Shown piece after piece: positions 56,101-64,000 of a stretch of 64,000 bases of DNA. The DNA lies in NCBI GenBank assembly GCA_000004695.1, contig CM000150.2, forward strand, positions 4,448,001 to 4,512,000, written 5' to 3'. The position numbers and the translations under genes were made by a program. How positions within the stretch are numbered: the stretch's first letter is position 1; each line of letters begins with the position of its first letter. Under the pieces are notes generated by a model. The model was not told where the DNA came from. It worked only from the letters and a program-made list of their open reading frames with translations, and searched no databases. The DNA is from Dictyostelium discoideum. Taxonomy: Eukaryota.

Positions 56101-59100
56101 GGTTGTGGTTGTTGTTGTGGTTGTTGTTGAGGTGATTGTTGAGTTATAGTTGGCTGAGATTGTTCAATAGTTGATGTGGTAGATGATTGATCAGCACTAT
56201 TACTTTTATCTTGATGTTCAGAAATATCAAGTTGATCTTTTACGATTTGATCTTTAACAGTAGCTTGTTGAATTGCTAATGAAGTTGGAGATAATGGTGG
56301 TTCTGGTTTCGGTAATTGATTATTTGGGAAGAGTTTATTGAAAAGTTCAGTGAAAAGATTTTGTAAATAGACAGCATCTTCAAATACTTCTGAACCTGAT
56401 TGATTATAAATTTGAGCATTATAAAACATTGAATTGACACTGGCAGCAAAAGATAATGGATTTGAAAACTTGGCACCCACAATTCTTTCTTTTATAGTTT
56501 TCATATCGATTGGTTCTTTAATGGTTATATAATAATCTGGATAATCTCTTTTACTTGGTAATTTGACAAAGATATCACTTCTCTTTCTACCTTCTTCATC
56601 TTGATCGGCTCTAATTGCATCCCAAATTTGGAGATACTTTTGTTCATTCTCAGAGATCTTCTTTTTCATTGTACCTGCTGGTCTACCTCTACCTGCTTTC
56701 TTTACTGGTGATGGTGATGGTAAAGGTGGTTGAGCAGTAATAGATGATGATGATGAAGATGATGGTGTTAATGGTGTTGATGGATTAGAGTTTGATGAAT
56801 CATCACCACCGCCACCACCACCACCACCACCATTACTATTGGCTTTCTTTTCTTTTTCCTGTTTCTTACTTGAAGCAGAAGGTTTCTTTGAGGCAGCAAC
56901 CTTTGCTCTCTTTTTAGATCTTACAGGACGTTGGAAATCTTCATCTTCTTCATCTTCTTCATCTGCGTCATCATCGTCATCCTCTTCATCTGAATAATTA
57001 CTTTCCAATTCTTTTCTCTTATTAGTACGAGATGGAGTTGTTGCAACAACCGAAACATTATTATTATCATAATCATCATTATTATTATTATTATTACTAT
57101 TATTATCGTCATCATCATCATCTAAACCATTTGTATCCTTATCTTTTAATTTTTCTTTTGTATTCTTTTTCTCTTTACGATTATTTGATTCTTTGGAAGA
57201 TTTTGGTTTATCTGAAGTTGTAGTACGTTTTGGAGTTGGTTTAGATTCGAAATCAGAGTCTGAATCAGAAGAAGAAGAGGAGGATCCATCGTCATCATCA
57301 TCAAAGAATTCTGAAATCATAGCATTATTATTTGCAGTTTTTCTTTTAATTTTACCACTTTCCAAAATTTTACGAATTTGTAATTCATTTTCAAGATCTA
57401 AAGATTTCTTACTTGAACCAGGTTTGATTGATTGATTGAGTACAAAACTTAAATCATCACCCAATTCGACCTCTTTAGTGATCCAACTTGGTATTTCATC
57501 CTCTTGACTTAATCTTTTAGCCTCACCTTTTTTACCTGCTTCATCCCATTTCTTTTGATCGATTTCCATTCTCTCTTTATCCATATTTTCATACAATTCA
57601 AACTCTTCAGGAGAACGAGCAATCATTTCATTGATTTGAGAATCGGTGGGTACTGTTTGTTTCTCCATTTCAGCGGTTTCATCTTGAGTCATTAAATCCT
57701 CCAACATTTTCTTTCTATCGGAACGATTTGATTTATTATTGAATTGACCAGCTTGAATGATCTTTTTATCCAATTCTTTCTTAAAGTTTGCTCTTGCTAA
57801 AATACTCTCCTCAACGGAATGAGCAGTGACCAAACGAAGTACACGTACAGTTTGTTTTTGACCAATACGATGTGCACGATCTTGTGCTTGAAGATCCATT
57901 TGTGGATTCCAATCTGAATCGAAAATGATAACAGTATCGGCAGTTTGTAAATTTAAACCTAAACCACCTGCTCTAGTTGAAAGTACGAAAATGAAATACT
58001 CAGAGTTTGGAGCATTGAATAACTCTAAGAGATGACCTCTTTCGTCGGATTTTGTTGAACCATCTAAACGAAGGAATTTGTAATCTTTATAAGCGAAAAA
58101 CACCTCCAAAATATTGATCAATTGAGTCATTTGTGAAAATATTAAAACTCTATGTCCAGCAGCTTTTAACTTTGGTAATAGACGATCCAACAAATCAAAC
58201 TTACCTGCATATCTAATTAGATTATCATCGATATTATACTCGTCATCATAGAAAAGGTAAGGATGATTGCAAATCTTTCTTAATTGAACATAGGTATTCT
58301 TTAGACCTTTTGCTAATTTTGGATTACCATCGGCACCACCAGAACTTGCAAGTTTTGAAACACCCTTTGTTTTAATGAGATCGTACATTTTCGCTTGAAA
58401 AGCCGACATATCACATTTCAATACTTTCTCAACTTTATCTGGTAACTGAGCTTCTACCTCTTTCTTTAATCTTCTTAAGAGAAAAGGTCTTAAAACCTTA
58501 TGAAGACGTTGAATGATTAAAAGTTGTTCCTCTTCATTCATTTCAATCTTTTCACCAGTTTGAGCGAATGGAGCATTAAACCATTGTTCGAAATCTTCAA
58601 CACAATCGAAAATGGTTGGTAGTAAAAAGTTTAACAAAGCCCAAAGCTCTGGTAAACTATTTTGAAGTGGTGTACCAGTCAATAGTAATCTATAACGACT
58701 TGAATAAGAGGTACCCAAAATAATCGATAGTTTACTAGTGTAGTTTTTCATTCTATGACCCTCATCAACGATTAGATAATTCCATTTAATCTTACTTAAT
58801 GCATTCTTATCCTTGATGATATATTCATAGGTTGTTACAACGGCATTGAATTGACCTGGTGCTATAAACTCTTCAAACTTTGATTTTCTAGCAGGTTTAT
58901 CACCATAGTATAAAACACGTTTAACCTTTGGTGCCCATTTTGAAAACTCTTGTCCCCAATTGGAAAGTGTTGACAATGGTACCACAACTAAAAAGGGTCC
59001 ATTATTCTTTTTTACCTCTATCAAATAGGATACCAAAGCAATGGTTTGAATCGTTTTACCAAGACCCATTTCATCCGCTAAAATACCATTCAATTTATTG

Positions 59101-59287
59101 TTATACAATGAAACCATCCATTGAAGTCCTTGCATTTGATATGGTTTTAATTTACCACCTTCTAATAATGCTGGTTGTTCAATAATATCTTCTTGAATTG
59201 AATGTGCTTTTGAATAATATGAATGTGCTTTTGAAACATATGTTGGATTTGTTTGACCTGTTGCTGTTGAAGTTGTTGTTGTTGTAG

Positions 59288-59319
<32 letters not shown>

Positions 59320-59658
59320 GGTGGTGGTGCTGTTGATGTTTCTGTTGTTGTGGTAGATATTGATTTATCATCAACTTTTATATTTGATGAATTATCATCA
59401 CCATCAATAGTTGTTGCTTTTGATTGATCTTTATTATCATTATCTTTCTTTTCTTGAATTTCTTTTGAATTTTTATCTGTATGTTGACCAGAATCATTTT
59501 TCATTATAACATCAGTATTGGATGATGCAGAGGTAGTAGTCGTGGTATTATCGTTTGTTATTTTTTCATCATCTTTATTATCATTTAAACCTATATCATC
59601 TTCATCATCACCATAACCACCTTGATTATTGATACTAACTTTAGGTTTATTACCATTA

Positions 59659-59753
<95 letters not shown>

Positions 59754-61716
59754 ATTACTATTATTATTATTATTATTATCATCTAACATTTGATTATTAT
59801 CATCATTATCATCATCATCATCATCATCTTTACCATTTAATAAATTTGAAATTGGATTTGAAGAACGAACTAAAGGTGATTTTGAATTATTTGAAAGATC
59901 TCTATTTGTTGTATTACCATCAGTATCGATATCAACATCATTTGTTATATTCATGATACTAATTTTTTCAGATTGTTTAGCATCTTCTTCACCTTCTTTT
60001 TCTTTTTGTTGTAAAAGTAATTGATCTTGTTGTCTTCTGATTGCCTCTTCATTCTCTTCTTTCTCTTGAATTGAAATCTTTTCCTTTTGAAGAAGATGAG
60101 AGATTTTATCTAAAAATTCATTGGTTTGATCAAACAATTCACGTAGACGTTGATTTTTAGTTTGTTCCAAGAGTTTAAGGTATTTACTTTCATCATTGGT
60201 TTTGAGTGCACGAAGACGTTCACGCTCTTCTCTCTCTCTTTGTTGTTGTTCTTTCTTTTCTTGTAGGATGAAATAAGCGGTGACACGTTTTGTCATCTTT
60301 TTAATCTTTGTCATTTTGTTTGCATGATACTCTTTAAACTCTTTACTATGATTAAGAATTTGACCCAAGAAATCTTTGAATCTATTCTTTTCCTCATTGG
60401 ATTGTTGTTGATCAAGTTTTTGTTTGAGATCTTTAGATTTCTTTAATTTGGATTTACTAATCTCTGCATCCAATACCTCCCTTCTTAATTGTTTTTGATA
60501 TTCCAACAATGACAATTGTTTATATTGAATGGTCTCTTGAAGTTTCTCAATAGTACCATCCTCTAATGTTGGAATGGACTCATAGAGATATTCAAGTTTA
60601 TCCGATATCAATTGACTAACCAAATTTCTTTTACATTCCAACATGAATTCAATATCCATTGGTTTAGGTATCAATGTTTCCATTGGCAAACTTTTTAATG
60701 GATCAATTGGAATTGATGGTGGCTCTGGTTCTACAACTGGTGTTTGATTTATAATTTGTTGTTGTTGTTGTTGTTGTGTTGGTTGTATTTGTGAAACTAC
60801 CATCGGTTGTGTTGCTATAATACCACCATTGGTAGGTGTTGCTATAACACCGCCATTGGTAGGTGTTGTAGTTGATACTGACGACACTGCTATTACTTGT
60901 GTTGGAATAACAACAGTTGATACAAGTGCTGCTGGTGTATTTATTGATGTTGGTGTAGTTACTAAACTTGGTACAGCATTTGGTTGTTGATTTATTTGTT
61001 GAGGATCTTGTTGGGATTGTTGTTGTTGAGTTATTTGCTCTGATTGTTGTTGGGGTTGATTTTGTTCTGGTTGTTGTTGTGCTTGCATGCTTTGTGTTTG
61101 CTCTGATGACTGTACTTGTTCTGGTTGTTGTTGGGATTGTTGTTGGGGTTGGGGTTGTAAATTTTCTGGTTGTTGTAAGTGTTCTTGTTGTTGTTGTTGT
61201 TGTTGTTGTAAGTGTTCTGGTTGTTGTTGTTGTAAATTTTCTGATTGTTGTTGTGATTGTTGGTGTTGTGGTTGTTGGATTTGTTGTGGTTGGGGTTGTT
61301 GGGCTTGGGTTTGTTGTTGCTGCTGCTCTGGTTGCACTTGGGATTGTGGTTGTGGTTGAGTTTGTTGTTGAGTTTGTGGTTGAGTTTGTTGTGTTTGTTG
61401 AGCTTGTTGAGTTTGTTGGTATGTTTGTTGAGCTTGTGGTTGTTGGTATGTTTGTTGAGTTTGTGGTTGAGTTTGTTGTGTTTGTTGAGTTTGTGGTTGA
61501 GTTTGTTGGTATGTTTGTTGAGCTTGTGGTTGTTGTAACAACTGAGATTGTTGGTGTTGAATCAATCTTTGTTGTTGTAATAGTTTTTGATGTAACATTT
61601 GCTGTTGTATTAACTGTTGTTGGTTTAGTGTCTGTCCTGGTGGTGCCTGTATTTGTTGTAATTGTTGTTGCATCATTTGGTATTGTTGATTTAATGATGC
61701 AATGTTGTTATAAATA

Positions 61717-61752
<36 letters not shown>

Positions 61753-62721
61753 CTAGTATTACTATTGTTGTTGTTGTTATTATTGTTGTTATTGTTATTG
61801 CTATTGCTATTGTTATTACTATTGCTATTGCTATTGCCACTGCTATTGTTATTGTTATTGCTATTGTTATTGCTATTGTTATTGTTATTGCTATTGTTAT
61901 TGCTATTGTTATTGTTATAACTAATATTATTAATATTGTTATTTCCAATATTTCCGTTATTATTACTGATATTGGCACTATTATTGGTGCTATTACCACT
62001 ATTGTTATTACTATTAATATTGCTATTTGTATTATTATTCATATTATTATTATTATTATTATTATTATTCATATTATTATTCATACCATTATTATTATTC
62101 ATATTATTATGATTCATATTATTATTATTACTATTATTATTGGTATTATTATTATTCATATTATTATTCATGTTATTCACACCATTATTATTATTCATAT
62201 TATTATTCATATTACTATTATTATTACTATTCATATTATTATTATTCATATTACTATTACTATTATTGTTATTATTATTATTAACATTACTATTATTTGT
62301 ATTCATTTGTACAACAGACGGTGAAGATTGATTTATAAATGTTGAAGGATGAGCCAATTGCAAGATTCCATAATACTCCTCCGTAATGGGTTTTCTTTGC
62401 ATGAAGCATTTATACGCATAAACCTGAGCTCTAATAACATCAAGTTGTTCTTGTGTAAAAAAAAATGCTGGTGGAGCTAATAATTTTTGTTGAATTGGTT
62501 GTGGTTGTTGCGCTTTCATTTGTTGCTGATTTTGATTTTGGTTTTGATTTTGATTTTGGTTTTGGTTTTGGTTTTGGTTTTGGTTTTGGTTTTGGTTTTG
62601 GTTTTGGTTTTGGTTTTGGTTTTGGTTTTGGTTTTGGTTTTGATTAAAATGTTGATGTTGTGGTTGTTGGAATTGTTGGTTTTGTTGATGTTGATGTTGT
62701 TGTTGGTGTTGTTGTTGTTGT

Positions 62722-62768
<47 letters not shown>

Positions 62769-63085
62769 TTGCTGTTGCTGTTGCTGTTGTTGTTGTTGTA
62801 AAAGTAATTGTTGTTGCATCAATTGTTGTGTAGATGGAATGTTGGGTGATGTCATATTTGGTGAGGTTACATTCATATTTTGTTGATGTTGTAAATGTTG
62901 CTGTTGTTGATGCTTCATTTGTTGCTGTTTCAATTGAGCCTCGTATGCTGCTTGTTGCTGTTGTTGTTGGATTTGGGGTTGTTGTTGTTGAGGTTGTTGT
63001 TGATGTTGATGTTGTTGATGTTGTTGATGATGTTGATGGTATTGTTGTTGTGGTTGTAAAAATTGTTGTGGTTGTTGTTGTGGTG

Positions 63086-63116
<31 letters not shown>

Positions 63117-63152
63117 CTGTTGTGTTTGTGGTTGATGTTGTTGTTGTTGCGG

Positions 63153-63187
<35 letters not shown>

Positions 63188-63549
63188 GCTGCTGTTGTTG
63201 TACCATTGCCAATTTTCTTTGCACTAAAATATTATGTTGTCGAAGGATTTTATTATAGAGATCCAACTCTTGCTGATTTAAAGAAGAAAATGGCTGTGGG
63301 TTCTTTAAAAAATTTATACAACTTTGATAATTAGGTTCTGAGATATCTGTTCCATTGGTTTGTAAATTATCTAAATACTATATAGGTTTTGAACAAATAA
63401 AAAAAGAAAAAAAAAAAAAAAAAAGTTAATAACAAACCCTTTGGTAATAATAAAAATAATGAAAAACACTTACAACATAGACTTCAACATGTTGGTTTTT
63501 TGTAGGAACTTGTTGTTGTTGTTGTTGTTGCATCATATTTGTTTGTTGA

Positions 63550-63592
<43 letters not shown>

Positions 63593-63902
63593 GAGCTTGT
63601 TGAGCTTGTTGTTGTTGTTGTTGTTGTTGTTGAGCTTGTTGTTGTTGAGCTTGTTGTTGTTGAAGTTGAGCTTGTTGTTGTTGAAGTTGTTGTTGTTGAA
63701 GTTGCTGTTGTTGAAGTTGTTGCTGTTGTTGTTGTTGCTGTAATAGTTGTTGTTGTTGTTGCTGTTGTTGTAAAAGTAGATGATATTGTTGTTGCTGTTG
63801 TTGTGGCGCAGATTTATTTATATTCGGTGAATTTATATTCATTGGTGGTGTATTTATATTTTGTTGTTGTTGATGATGGTGTTGTTGTTGTTGTTGTTGT
63901 AA

Positions 63903-63996
<94 letters not shown>

Positions 63997-64000
63997 AATT
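54537..64000 (-). CDS. SNF2/Brg1/Brm-type SWI/SNF chromatin-remodelling ATPase with QLQ, HSA, SNF2_N, helicase-C and bromodomain. The 5' end is beyond the window. Exon 1 >64000..63474 ends in a GTAAGT donor. Intron 63473..63378. Exon 2 63377..54537 (stop included). More than 3100 aa with extensive Q, N, QN, and RD/RE/H low-complexity inserts.
   Basis: Helicase motifs: [39 protein letters not shown] (motif I), [12 protein letters not shown] (DEGH), [24 protein letters not shown], and [39 protein letters not shown] (motifs V/VI). QLQ domain: [27 protein letters not shown] region: [18 protein letters not shown].... Bromodomain: [17 protein letters not shown]...[23 protein letters not shown]. The listed ORF 54537..63266 starts at a TTG. 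The frame is open upstream to an acceptor ...cctatatag then TATTTAGATAATTTACAAACC at 63377. The exon 1 donor reads ...CATGTTGAAGTCTATGTT then gtaagt at 63474. Upstream of the ATG at 63842 the (CAA)n frame stays open to the window end, so the true start lies outside the window. Confidence 0.85.

Noticed and set aside
62520-62640. Perfect (GGTTTT)n array that superficially resembles a short tandem repeat locus
   Set aside because: It lies in frame within the SNF2 gene and encodes (QN)n. It is not a CRISPR array, which is irrelevant for a eukaryote, and it is not a satellite outside coding sequence.

Overview
This 64 kb window is almost certainly Dictyostelium discoideum nuclear DNA. It is about 75-80% AT, with near-pure A/T intergenic tracts and coding poly-Asn (AAT)n and poly-Gln (CAA)n runs. 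It contains a Dictyostelium-specific FNIP-repeat gene, hssA/2C/7E-type mini-genes, abcG/PDR transporters, and short AT-rich GT..AG introns. There are no bacterial-type operons, CRISPR arrays, or rRNA/tRNA genes that I can see. Because the ORF track accepts TTG as a start codon, several listed ORFs are really exons of spliced genes, and I rebuilt those by eye. Gene content, left to right: (1) a partial minus-strand N/Q-rich gene at 1-1415; (2) a 7 kb gene-free AT-rich stretch carrying GT/CA-rich (G-box/CAE-like) elements, including an inverted pair at 2850-3080; (3) a two-exon gene for a small membrane-anchored protein at 8371-9089; (4) a Golgi-type sulfotransferase with an extreme poly-N tract at 9457-11763; (5) a two-exon S/Q/N-rich gene on the minus strand at 12065-15095, whose true ATG sits in a 46-nt upstream mini-exon; (6) a 4 kb intergenic stretch with microsatellites and a GC-richer island of broken ORFs at 17880-18370; (7) a coiled-coil protein with C-terminal fimbrin-like calponin-homology domains at 19278-24517, two exons; (8) a possible small spliced gene at 26318-26602; (9) a three-exon minus-strand gene at 26835-31049 encoding a Q/N-rich protein with reiterated DFGDF motifs; (10) a bacterial-type DNA-3-methyladenine glycosylase I (Tag) at 31608-32480; (11) two hssA-family mini-genes at 33557-34587; (12) a MutY/MUTYH adenine DNA glycosylase at 35000-36724; (13) a C39-like papain-fold peptidase-domain protein at 36790-37548; (14) an FNIP-repeat protein at 37669-38508; (15) two tandem full-size ABCG/PDR transporter paralogs at 38597-43085 (3 exons) and 45232-50057 (7 exons), separated by an inverted-repeat-bounded segment that carries an abcG 3' fragment; (16) an SDR-domain protein at 51254-54247; (17) a large SNF2/Brg1-type chromatin-remodelling ATPase at 54537-64000 that continues off the window. 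The most interesting points are the intron presence/absence differences between two near-identical tandem abcG paralogs, the roughly 1.2 kb inverted-repeat structure between them, and the base-excision-repair pair Tag plus MutY flanking the hssA genes. Exon boundaries were inferred by eye and are accurate to a few nt.
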